DNA of 64,000 nt from positions 128,001 to 192,000 of the IMG/VR virus record IMGVR_UViG_3300028591_000075. One strand, given 5' to 3'. This DNA is from a virus. Its lineage: Duplodnaviria > Caudoviricetes. The notes beneath the pieces were generated by a model, which made no database searches, was not told the DNA's origin, and was given only the letters and a program-made list of their open reading frames with translations. Position 1 is the stretch's first letter. Each line of letters begins with the position of its first letter. Below, one piece after another: positions 26,176 through 36,800 of this stretch. The position numbers were made by a program, and so were the translations under genes.

Positions 26176-28734
26176 ATGGCTGTTGCACGTAAGTACGGAA
26201 TAATCTCATTTGAAGAGGCGAGAGACCATCTCGTCTCGATTCTCCAGGCCAAGGAAGGCCGCCTGGCCGACTTCGGTGCAAGCGCCTACGGCAAGACCCT
26301 TATCGAACTGTTCGCGGGCCAGAGCGACCTCATGGCCTACTATGCCGAATCTGCGTTCGAGAACGCATTCCTTGAAAGCGCGGTCAATAGCTCCGCAGTC
26401 TATGCCGGTGCCAGGATGCTCGGGTACAGCGTGCGCCGTCCGGTTCCTGCAAAGGCCGGTCTCGGTCTGCGCCTCGTGAAATCCGGCGTGTATGACACTG
26501 TCAGGGTCTATATTCCCAAGGGAACTGTGTTCAGCATGAGCTCCCGTACGCTGACTGCCGTGAGCGACATGGAATTTGCCTACGATCGCGCTACTGATGA
26601 AGATTCTACCGGTTTGATGAAGCTCGTTACCGGTGTGGCCGTATTGGCGGAAGGTGTGTATCGTACCGATGCCCTTATCTCCAATGGCCAGCAGAACCAG
26701 GTATTCTACATCAACGACCCCACGTTCTCCGACTACTTTGGTGAAAATGACCCCAACTATGCCGATGATGGTCACGTGACCCAGCGTGCCGCCTGTTTCA
26801 CCACGGTCACCAGTGATGCTACCCTCGTTGACAATGTTGACCCGAATACGGTGAAAAATGACCGCCTCTACTGGCGCATTTCCCGTCGCGGACTTATCGA
26901 CCCGAGCAACGAGGATACTGCAAACGATATCCAGAAGTTTGCCGACGGGGACAAGAACTTTACGACCAACTACACGGTCATCGTGGGCACTTCCAATGAT
27001 GGTAACGTCGAATTGCGCTTTGGTGACGGCTTGAAGTCCGCTATTCCGTATGGCGACATCATTGTCAAGTATTTCTCCACCTCCGGTGAATACGGCAACC
27101 TTCTTGGTGTCGAGGGCACGACCCTCTCCGTTTCCGGTGGCGGTATCAGGATTACCCAGGCAAACGGCAAGGAAAGCGACCTTCTCGTCACTGACCTCAA
27201 CATCTTCCTCACCACTGACCTTCGCGGTGGTCTGAACATCGAATCCATCGAATCCATCAAGGCCAATGCTTCCCAGATTTACAACTCACTCGACCGTCTC
27301 GTGACGCGCCGCAGCTACAAGACGTTCCTCCGTCGCTATGCCGACATCAAGTATGCCTCGGCTTACGGTGAGGACATCCTGAACACCAAGCTCCCGCACG
27401 GTGGCATCAACGTGAAGTACATGAACCAGATCCGTTTCAGTGCGTTGAAGGACCTCTACCGCGAGAAGGATGGCAAGTATTATCCTACCGCCCCGTCCGA
27501 GTATTTCCTGAGTGGGTTCAAGGTCAACGGCCTCATGAACACCTGGGAATATGACTACGAGGAAATTGACAGTTCCGTGGTCGCGCACGATGGCGCCAAG
27601 ATTGTATCGAAGATTAACTCGGCCCTTACTGAAATTGGGTACAAGGGTGAAAAGCTGGCCGAAATCATGCAGAAGGCTATCCTGCCTTATATCCCAACCA
27701 TCGACCCGGATGCCAGGGTGTTCGGCGCGATGATGACCCCGCTTGACTATGTGGTTGACGGAAGTGAACTCCATTCCATCATGGTGGCCTTGAACCGCAG
27801 GTCCATGGTGACCCTCGGCGGTGGATACCATAACTTCGTGTTCCCTACCGTCCATAACATGTCAATGCACATGGATGTCACCCTGTTCAAGGGCAACAAC
27901 TTTACCGATGTGCGCGAGAAGATTACCAAGGCGGTCTACAAGTTCTTGAAGGACAATACCGAGTTCTGCTCACCAATTTACCGTTCCAGGATTGCTTCCA
28001 TCGTCCATACGATGCCGGAAGTTGCCGGTGTGGATGTCACATTCACCGTGCCGGATAACGGATATGCCGAACTCGAACTCGAAGACTATCCGTGGCTCGG
28101 TGTGCTCACATCCGACTACATCACGCCGGGTACCGTGACCTTTGAAGGCCCGGAATTCTCCCTGAATGCTGACGTGATTTACAACGGTGTTTCCAGGAAC
28201 ATTACCTACACGTTCAAGCTCCCGAACCAGAAGGACATGCAGTCCCTGCTGACCTACTACTACACCTCGTATGTCAAGCCGTATACGGCAAGCGACCGTA
28301 TTACCGACAAGTATGTCGGCTACATCTGGTCCAATGTCATGCAGCAGGTGTTCCGTCCGCTGATGGATGCATGGACAAGTGCCAAGAACAGCGGCCAGGC
28401 CGAGAACATGGACATCTACCAGGAACTCATCAACGCCTTGAAGACATGGAGCATGGAACCGGGTGCCGACGAGCTGACGTTCAAGGATTCCGAACATGTC
28501 AAGAACCTCCACGAGGTGAACGGCTCCGTCCTCTTTGACTACCTCCTGTACGGCATGAACTACATCAAGCTGGTCAGGAACATCTTCTGCACGAGGACGG
28601 CGATGGCCCTTATTGACCCGGATACCGGAAACGTGACCAACTACACCAACGACAATGAAATCGTCCAGTTCAACATTCCAAGCGAGGAAATTGAACTTAC
28701 CGTGGCTTACGACTCCTCGCTGCTTACCAAATAG
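26176..28734 (+). CDS. gp6: Baseplate wedge subunit (gp6-like)
   Basis: FLESA...S.V...ARMLGY, LRFGDG...IP, GG.NIESIESIK.NA, RLVT..SY. Confidence 0.9.
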   Translation: MAVARKYGIISFEEARDHLVSILQAKEGRLADFGASAYGKTLIELFAGQSDLMAYYAESAFENAFLESAVNSSAVYAGARMLGYSVRRPVPAKAGLGLRLVKSGVYDTVRVYIPKGTVFSMSSRTLTAVSDMEFAYDRATDEDSTGLMKLVTGVAVLAEGVYRTDALISNGQQNQVFYINDPTFSDYFGENDPNYADDGHVTQRAACFTTVTSDATLVDNVDPNTVKNDRLYWRISRRGLIDPSNEDTANDIQKFADGDKNFTTNYTVIVGTSNDGNVELRFGDGLKSAIPYGDIIVKYFSTSGEYGNLLGVEGTTLSVSGGGIRITQANGKESDLLVTDLNIFLTTDLRGGLNIESIESIKANASQIYNSLDRLVTRRSYKTFLRRYADIKYASAYGEDILNTKLPHGGINVKYMNQIRFSALKDLYREKDGKYYPTAPSEYFLSGFKVNGLMNTWEYDYEEIDSSVVAHDGAKIVSKINSALTEIGYKGEKLAEIMQKAILPYIPTIDPDARVFGAMMTPLDYVVDGSELHSIMVALNRRSMVTLGGGYHNFVFPTVHNMSMHMDVTLFKGNNFTDVREKITKAVYKFLKDNTEFCSPIYRSRIASIVHTMPEVAGVDVTFTVPDNGYAELELEDYPWLGVLTSDYITPGTVTFEGPEFSLNADVIYNGVSRNITYTFKLPNQKDMQSLLTYYYTSYVKPYTASDRITDKYVGYIWSNVMQQVFRPLMDAWTSAKNSGQAENMDIYQELINALKTWSMEPGADELTFKDSEHVKNLHEVNGSVLFDYLLYGMNYIKLVRNIFCTRTAMALIDPDTGNVTNYTNDNEIVQFNIPSEEIELTVAYDSSLLTK

Positions 28735-28745
28735 GACTGTGATCA

Positions 28746-31700
28746 ATGCGTGCACCGATTTACAATGACAGAGGCCAATTCCGATACAGCGACTTTGTCG
28801 CCTACATGCCGGAATATCTGAAAAGCGAGCCCGATGTAGTCACATTGCTGCAGATTTTCAGCGACTACATCAACAACGCATATAGGAACATAGAGACCGT
28901 CGAGAAGTTCGAGTTTGCCATTGTTTCGCGCAGTAGCGAAATCAACGGCGCCGTTGCGAAGATGGAGTATCTCCGCACCATGCTGGAACTCGCCGGCGCC
29001 CGTAACGACTATGTGAACCTCCTGTCTGTACCTCGCGCAAATGTAAAATCCAACTCGGTGTTCGGTCAGGACAGTGGTCTCTCCCCGTTCACGGTGAACT
29101 ATAACGGAAGCGAAATCGTTGACCGCATTGACAATGCCTCCGCTGTGGTTCCTGGAATTAAGGGATTTAGCGACGGTGATGTGATTTTTGTGAATTACGA
29201 CAACATTCCGGGCGAACCCGAGCATGAAGTCGCATATTATTACGATTCCTCGATGAACTGCCTCTACCGAGATCCGGATGGCACGTCCCAGGACCCGTTT
29301 ACTGGTTCCGACAACTCGTCTGCCCGTATCGTTTCGTTCAAGGCATCCGATGTTTCCAGCGTGAAGACCCGCTACGGGTACACCACCGATAACGGGACCC
29401 AGTACAAGGAAGTGTTCTTCACTGCCCGTATTTACGATGTGAAGTCTGAAAATGCCGTAAAGGAAATCACCCTTCCGGGAGGCCAGGAAGGTGTCATCGA
29501 CTACTATGGCACCGAACGCACCCCGTCCGGTAAGATGCGCACCGTGGTTCGCTTCGATGGTGAGAATGGGTGGGCCTGGAAGAATGGCTTTCCGACCGCA
29601 ATCATTTACCTCTCCGAAACGAGCGGTGCCAACCTGGTAAGCGCAAAGGGTGCCGGTGCCAAGTGCCTCCCGCTGAATGTGTGCGTTGACCCGGCATATC
29701 AGGAAACCATGAACCGATATGCGGTGATTGGTGAGCCGAAGGTTGAAGATGGTTTGCTTGTCGTGAACCTCGGTTCATGCTACCCGGCATACGCCAATGG
29801 TACCGTGTATCTGGCAATCAAGCGGAACCTGCATATTTTGGGTGAATTCAATGTCATCAAGGATGACCGTGAAAGTGGCCACCTGGATTTGAGATTATCC
29901 CCGGTTGGAAAGATGCCAGATCTTACCGATGTTGGCGAACTGGTCCTACTTGACCTCCCGTTGTTCTATGGTCGCGGCACCTTGGATTATACCCAGGCCT
30001 CCCCGATTATCCGCCTGGGCGAACTCATGGAACTTGACCGGAAGGATGAGGATGGCCTTAACCTTGTGCCCGATGACAGCATGCTGTCCTATGCCTGTGA
30101 GACCACGGCGAACAAGGTACTGGGCGAGTTGACTATTCTTAAAAAGGAAGATGAGAACCGCACATCCGCCGATGCCTACATGGATGGCGGGTATAGGATA
30201 ATTGTTCCTTTCTCGTCCGACCTTGCCAAGAACTTTGGCAAAACGTATGACCTCGGTGACCGTATCTACATAAGTGGTGGTCACCAGTATTGGTCCGGAA
30301 CTGCCATTGTCAAGGAATTTAACACCGAGGCCGATGGCTATTCCATCAAGTTGGAAGGTATCAGGGCCATTCGCCCGACCGGTGATGTCGCCCAGATAAG
30401 CGTAGCCGATGTTGGATATTTCAGCACCGCCGATAATGTAGTCAGCGGAATTGTCAATGCCTCCCTTCTTTCGGAAGAAGGTTCCGTTGTCGTGCTCCAT
30501 GGCGCCGAACATAAGCTGGTTGCCCGCATGTACCCGGATGGCCATTTTGACCGTGAAATTCCGGATGACTCCTACACCATGGAAATTCTGGAAAAGACGG
30601 ATGACCGTGCCAGGATTTTGCTCCAAGTTGATGAAGGCGATGAATCCATTATGACCGTATGGTCTCGCAGCCGCGGTGACTTGTTCACTCGTAAATACAT
30701 GATGCTTGTGGACGGGATGGGGAACGCCCAGATTCGTCCGGTCGTATTTAACCAGGGCGAAGAAGTTGTTGAACTGGTAGCTCCGGGTGAATACAAGAAG
30801 GGCCAGTACCTGTATGACAAGGTGTCCAAGAAGATTTACTACTGTGGCGAGGACTGCATCGTCCAGGACGTAAACTCGGTTGCGACAAGCAACATCTTTG
30901 TCGAAGACCGCATCGTGCATTACAGTGTCCCGTATGCCGAAAGGTACAATGCGTTCATGCCGTATTACGGCTCCATTGCCGCTATGGAGTATGAAAGCCG
31001 CATTGGGTACAACGACGACCCCGAAGTGTTTACTGCCCCACTCTACATTACCAAGGTCGAGGAAAAGTCCTTGAAGTATGGGTGGGAACACCGTGAATTC
31101 TTGAACTATGGGGACATCATCAACCTTTCCGGTCGTCCCAGGAACGGTATGCTTGAACTGCATACGACTGAGCGTTCTAATGAAGGTAGCCCTCTCACGA
31201 TTGACTCCAAGATGGACATAGTGAACAGCGACCTGTTTGAACGCTGCACCTGGTCATACCCGCATGAAGTTGTGACCAAGGGTTGTTCCTCCACGATATC
31301 GGTCGATATCGATGATCCTATTGTTCTCGGTGCTGAAAAGGATGCCGCAACCGGAAAATGGAACGTGATTGTCCATTCTGCAGCACATGGCCTGGTTGAC
31401 GGTGCCATGGTGTCCGTATCCGGTATCGAGATGGGAGAGGTGAAGGGCATCGAAGTTGACTTCAATGTCGATCTTGCGCCGGTTAATGTCCTGGATGGTG
31501 ACACGTTTACTTACCAAATCACCGTTGACCCGAAGGTTCAGGGCACTACCTGCTCTGCCGAGAAGGGCGATGGCAAAATTGTCTATGTCCAGGACCACTA
31601 TGTGTCGGTGGTCGCAATCTCGTTCGATGCCGAAAACAACCTGTCCGTCTCGTTCAAAAACAAGGTTCATGGGCCCATGGTTGGTGACAAATTGTATCTG

Positions 31701-33821
31701 GAAGGGTGCATGGTTAATGATGCCGCATTCCCGGTTGGACCATACGATGTAATCGAGGTGAATGAGGACTTCACTGGTCTTACGTTGCGTGGCCCATTTG
31801 CCGTACTCCCAGTTCCTAGTGAGGGCGCCATTGTCCGAAAGGAAATCAAGGAAGGCGACGTGGTGGCCATTACCAATTCGAGTGATGAGCCGGTCAGCTT
31901 CTATGAGGTCAGCCCAGGCGTATGGACGGAAGTCGAGCGCAATGCCCTCATTACCCCGCTTGACCTGTACTCACAGACCAACCTGTTTGATGTGACCACG
32001 ACGAACCCTGCATGTGCCCTCGGCGATGCCATCAAGATTCGTGATATCATATACACCGGCAACGGTCGTGCTACCGTGCACCTTGCGTCTCCCCTGATCC
32101 ACTTCACTGATGAAAACCGTCAGTATATCGAGGGAAAGACTGTGGTGCGCATCCTCAATGTCACCCCGTCCGATTTCAATGGATACCATGTCGTTGAGCA
32201 CATAAACAGTCCCACCTCCATCGAAATCTCGATGCGCCTGTACAACAACTATACGAACACCGGAACTCCTACCGGGGATTTGGACATGTTGCTATACGAG
32301 TGCCGTTGGTACAAGTTTATTATTGACGAAATTGAATGGGAAAAGACCAGTTCCCAGGCTACGTTCACCGGCAAGAACCGTACCACCAGGACTGATGGCG
32401 ATGAGGGCACTGCTGCGGATGATGGCCATGTTGCCCTGATGTGCGAATGCGAACATGGACTTGAAGTGGGCGACTACGTGGTTCTCGGATATTCCTTTGA
32501 TGAGTTCGATGAAACCAGCCGCCTGTCCGAATATGCCATGGGCAAGGTGATTTCTGTGCCCGACAAAATGAATGTCGTGCTCAATATCGTCTATGGCCAA
32601 TACTCCGCCGGAATGTCCATCGCCAGGGGTGTCATTACCCTGCCCGGCATGGATAATATCGCGAACCGAACTGATGAGTATAGCCTCCGCCTGGAAAGTA
32701 TAGGATACGAGAAGTATCGCTTTACCGATGGCGACATCATCCTCGCGGCTGGCCAGTTGGTTCCTTCCGAACGGCTGGCATACCTGGTGCGCAGTGGCGC
32801 CCGTTGGTCCGTCCTGAAAAAGAAACGTATCTTGAAGGTGCGCCGCGCTACCGTGGATGAATACCATAACAGCTACTTCATCGACGGCACCGAGGAAGAC
32901 GATATGGACGAGTACAAGTACACCACGTACTCCGATGTGGATGTCGCCAAGGATGTCAACGGGGCGTATGCTTCCCGTATGTTCATGGTGAGAAACCCGC
33001 TGTTCAATAAGCCGGCCATCGAGGCTATCGACACTACGCGCAACGCCAATGCCGAATACTCCTCCGGCGAGGACTTTGCCAATATCGCTCCCCGTGACGA
33101 CATGAAGAATTCCTTCCACGGTGTCCCTGACCTGAAATATCCTCTGATTGAGAAGATCGAACGTCTGGCATACCTCCGAGATGCCAACGTGATTGACTTT
33201 GAACTTATCGGGTATTTGGCCAGGTTCATGGGTTATGACCTCACGTCCATGGCGGACGATGTGCAGACGAGCAACCTGTACCGTACTGTCAAGCAGCAGG
33301 AAAATGCCATCAGGGAAGCCGTGCTGAACCTCCCGCAATACTACGCGCTCGGTGGCACCAATGCCGGCTTGAAGATGCTCATGGGCGCCTTCGGTGTAAT
33401 CGGGGATGTCCTTACTCTCTATACCAACACCATGCACCCTTATGAGGAACTGCTCAACAAGGACGAGGTGGCCGGTCGCCTGGAAGAGGACACTACCAAT
33501 GGCACAATCGAGGGTACATGGGTATCTACCCCGTACATCGACATCGCGCTTACCGACGATTCCCGGTTCCCCCAGTTCGCCATCCAGGTGGACGATATCC
33601 AGAGAATTCGTGAACAGATTCGCGTGTGGAAGCCAATCCAGGTCGTGTTCAGGGATATTCTTCTCCGGTATGTCGGTGAAATCGAGTTGAATTCCTGGAT
33701 TACCGGCCCCATTGTCGGAATTGAGGAATTTGGTACCGTTATCGGGGCAACTGACGGTGACGAGGATGAGGTCCTTGATGCCGAATATGTCGATCCGGCG
33801 TTGACCAACTGCGCATTCTAG
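28746..33821 (+). CDS. Large baseplate wedge subunit (gp7-like)
   Basis: Follows gp6; MPEYL....D...LLQ.F..Y N-terminus; LA..MG...LPQYYAL.GT..G...L C-terminus; HGL..GD.V beta-barrel repeats. Confidence 0.75.
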   Translation: MRAPIYNDRGQFRYSDFVAYMPEYLKSEPDVVTLLQIFSDYINNAYRNIETVEKFEFAIVSRSSEINGAVAKMEYLRTMLELAGARNDYVNLLSVPRANVKSNSVFGQDSGLSPFTVNYNGSEIVDRIDNASAVVPGIKGFSDGDVIFVNYDNIPGEPEHEVAYYYDSSMNCLYRDPDGTSQDPFTGSDNSSARIVSFKASDVSSVKTRYGYTTDNGTQYKEVFFTARIYDVKSENAVKEITLPGGQEGVIDYYGTERTPSGKMRTVVRFDGENGWAWKNGFPTAIIYLSETSGANLVSAKGAGAKCLPLNVCVDPAYQETMNRYAVIGEPKVEDGLLVVNLGSCYPAYANGTVYLAIKRNLHILGEFNVIKDDRESGHLDLRLSPVGKMPDLTDVGELVLLDLPLFYGRGTLDYTQASPIIRLGELMELDRKDEDGLNLVPDDSMLSYACETTANKVLGELTILKKEDENRTSADAYMDGGYRIIVPFSSDLAKNFGKTYDLGDRIYISGGHQYWSGTAIVKEFNTEADGYSIKLEGIRAIRPTGDVAQISVADVGYFSTADNVVSGIVNASLLSEEGSVVVLHGAEHKLVARMYPDGHFDREIPDDSYTMEILEKTDDRARILLQVDEGDESIMTVWSRSRGDLFTRKYMMLVDGMGNAQIRPVVFNQGEEVVELVAPGEYKKGQYLYDKVSKKIYYCGEDCIVQDVNSVATSNIFVEDRIVHYSVPYAERYNAFMPYYGSIAAMEYESRIGYNDDPEVFTAPLYITKVEEKSLKYGWEHREFLNYGDIINLSGRPRNGMLELHTTERSNEGSPLTIDSKMDIVNSDLFERCTWSYPHEVVTKGCSSTISVDIDDPIVLGAEKDAATGKWNVIVHSAAHGLVDGAMVSVSGIEMGEVKGIEVDFNVDLAPVNVLDGDTFTYQITVDPKVQGTTCSAEKGDGKIVYVQDHYVSVVAISFDAENNLSVSFKNKVHGPMVGDKLYLEGCMVNDAAFPVGPYDVIEVNEDFTGLTLRGPFAVLPVPSEGAIVRKEIKEGDVVAITNSSDEPVSFYEVSPGVWTEVERNALITPLDLYSQTNLFDVTTTNPACALGDAIKIRDIIYTGNGRATVHLASPLIHFTDENRQYIEGKTVVRILNVTPSDFNGYHVVEHINSPTSIEISMRLYNNYTNTGTPTGDLDMLLYECRWYKFIIDEIEWEKTSSQATFTGKNRTTRTDGDEGTAADDGHVALMCECEHGLEVGDYVVLGYSFDEFDETSRLSEYAMGKVISVPDKMNVVLNIVYGQYSAGMSIARGVITLPGMDNIANRTDEYSLRLESIGYEKYRFTDGDIILAAGQLVPSERLAYLVRSGARWSVLKKKRILKVRRATVDEYHNSYFIDGTEEDDMDEYKYTTYSDVDVAKDVNGAYASRMFMVRNPLFNKPAIEAIDTTRNANAEYSSGEDFANIAPRDDMKNSFHGVPDLKYPLIEKIERLAYLRDANVIDFELIGYLARFMGYDLTSMADDVQTSNLYRTVKQQENAIREAVLNLPQYYALGGTNAGLKMLMGAFGVIGDVLTLYTNTMHPYEELLNKDEVAGRLEEDTTNGTIEGTWVSTPYIDIALTDDSRFPQFAIQVDDIQRIREQIRVWKPIQVVFRDILLRYVGEIELNSWITGPIVGIEEFGTVIGATDGDEDEVLDAEYVDPALTNCAF

Positions 33822-33843
33822 TCATTACATCGTTCTCAAAGAT

Positions 33844-33851
33844 TATAAACT
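33844..33851 (+). promoter_or_regulatory. Late promoter TATAAACT
   Basis: Exact motif. Confidence 0.8.
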
Positions 33852-33881
33852 AGTTTTCGTAAAAACTGGGTTTTATAGCTT

Positions 33882-36800
33882 ATGAAAAACATGAGATTGA
33901 CTAAGGCCGGTGCCGAACTGCTCGGCACGGCACATGCGGACGGAGAAACCCGCTTCTGGATTGGATATTATGGTCTCGCCTATGTTGCCGACAGGGAAAA
34001 CGACAACATTAAGGATGCCGCGCAGTCCGGTAAACTTACCAAGAACGGTGACTATATCTTCAATATATGGCAGGGAGATATGCTTAACGGGTATGCCCAG
34101 AATAACCCGGAGGATACCGCTGCCGCGTCTCTGTTTGGATTGACCCTTTACGATAAGAGCATCAGGACCAACTACCGCTATGTCTATGATCCGGACACTG
34201 GCCGCAACAGGTTGGTTGCCTGGAAGAGTGAATCCACCGGTAACGGGGAGAATACCCTCGAACGCAAGGGTGCTGCCATTTACTTGGGTACCAAGTTTGC
34301 CGATGGCGAGACCACTCCTTCCGAACTTCCGCTTCCGGCACCTCTCTACTACGGTGGTGAGCCCAATACCAATGCCATCGTGACGGCTTCCGAGAATGCC
34401 GGCAACATCCCCGTGTCCGCGGACTACCGTTACTATGTCGGTACGAAGAATGCCGGTGATTTTGGATGGGTGGATTCCGGTGCTACCCAGGACAGCGAGA
34501 CTGTCAGTGATGACACTCTCCTCACGTCCATCTCCAACTTCAACAAGTTCCATGGAACCGTAAGCAGCGAAGGCTACGGCGTGTCCTCGGTGTCCTCCTG
34601 CCACAACATGAGCAAGGCCACCAAGCTCTTCCCGATTAGCTACTACAACGTAATTAACGACAATGGCAAGAAGCTCGCAGAAACCCAGTATGCCGACAAT
34701 TCGCCGGCCAGGAAGCCTCTTGCCACTGCCATCAAGTTCAGTATCGACCTTAGCCCAGTTACTGCCGATACCGGCTATACCGCGCTGAACTACGAGGATG
34801 GCGGTATCGTCGAGGACCAGGCCGTGGGGGAAAGCGACCTTTACTCCTCCAAGTACATCAGCTTCAAGTTCAACCGTATCGGTATCTATGCTGTGCCGAT
34901 GACCATCCATCGCTACTCGACAGACAGTTCCACGGACGAATGCAACATGCAGAAGGTCCAGTTTGAAATCGCTGGCGACGAGGAACCGGTCCTGTTCGCT
35001 ATTGCCGATGTCAACGACACCATCATTTCCGACAATCCGTCCGCCGAGGAAGGTGGTGTTGCCAAGTTCAGCCTGGAATTCATCCTCAACCTCGGAAACG
35101 GAGACGAGGAAACCGGCATCGAACAGCGCACGGCGGTCTACTACAACCTCTACGAGAATGATGCCACCACCTGGTACAAGAACCAGCTTCTTGCCAGTGC
35201 CAGCATCTCTGAGGCCGTTACGGACCTGTCGCTCGAAATGAACGCGCTGAAACAGCATATGGGCGAGGACAAGGAATGCTGCAGCCAGGAAATGGACCTC
35301 AGCAGGTATGCCTTGAAGAACCATACTCACGACTACTTGAAGAACCTTATCGACGGCGTGAACAATGAAGGCTCCGTCAGGGGTATCTACACCTGCGAGG
35401 AGGGTGACGGTTCCGATATCAAGGCCGTGTTCGGCTTGCGCGAGAATGCCCCGGCAGGTGTACAGAAGTCCTGCACACTTGATGCACTGAGTGAAATGGT
35501 TGACGGGGAAGTCGTGACAATCCCCGACTCCTACATGTACTGCATTGGTCCGGTGGACATGAATGCGGTGCCTTCCGAAAACTTGCTGTCCCTTGAACAG
35601 TTGAAGGCCATCATGCAGCGCAAGGATGGCATCCTGTGGATTGTACAGAACCTTTCGATGAACGGTGGCTGGTATGGGCCCGGCGATACGGTTCCGAATG
35701 ATGTTGACCGTATGTATATCTGGGTTTCTCCCACGAAATATGCCAGGGTTGACCGTCAGACCGACGAAATCGTGGTCAATGAAGTCGATCCCGGTAGCAC
35801 CGCCCAATACCAGGCAATTACCATCAAGGATGCCGCGGTGGAACCATTGTTCAGTGTCGATGGCTACTCGGTTGGTCAGGATTCCCTTGTGCTGGGTGAC
35901 AACACGGCTGCTGCCGGTAAGTTCTCCCTTCTCCAGGGTTCCAACACGTATTCCGACAGCGATTATGCGACTATTCTTGGCACCAATAAGGTAAGGTGTG
36001 CCAATTCCGAGCATACGACAGTCCTCGGTGCGTCCGGATTGGATGTCAAGGATTGCTCTCACTCCATCCTGTTCGGTTCCGCGTACCCTGAGGACAAGGC
36101 CGTCAAGCTGCAGAAAATCAACTATTCTGTGGTTGGTGGCAAGTTCTATGAAGATGATGAAGTTCCTGGGTTTGTCGGCGGAATTTCGGCGTCTCTGTGG
36201 CTTGCCTTTGAAAACGGTCCATACAAGAATGGCGCGAGTGGTTCGGTGAGCGGGTCTATTCTCACGGGTCACGCCTATTTTGCCCAAAATGTGACTAACA
36301 CCGTTTTCTTGCGCATTGGTGAAAATTCGTCGAAAATGACATTCGGAAACTCAAATGCGTCTCTTGTACTTGGCGATGGCTATTCGGTGTATGATGCTGG
36401 TGACCATGATGATGAAATCGACCAGAATATCTCATACAATCGCAGTATTGCCCTGTCAACTAATGTACATGGCTATTACACCGATTCTGAGAAGAATTAC
36501 CGTAAGTTCAAGGGTGAATCAATTACCGCCCCATCGCTGTCATACAGTGTGGCAACCGGTGCCAATATCCGCAGACCGGTATCGTCCTCGTTGATATTGG
36601 CTTCCAGCAGTCTTGATATTGGTAAGGTCTCTCCAAACTCGCTCTATAATAGTGGCGATATTTTCTGTAACCTCATCGCAATGACAGGGTCACGAGTCGG
36701 CACCGGTGTTTATGACACCATACTGGTTGGTGGCGGACATGTTGTTCCAGATGGCACAAATTCGTTTATCCGCGTTGGTGGTGGAATGGGGACGACTTCC

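Noticed and set aside
26176-33821. Inteins or introns explaining the oversized gp6/gp7
   Set aside because: No C...HN splice motifs, LAGLIDADG blocks or frame breaks; the extra length is beta-rich repeat domains
33873-36287. 804-aa minus-strand ORF
   Set aside because: In-register antisense of a codon-biased fibre gene; no recognisable domain
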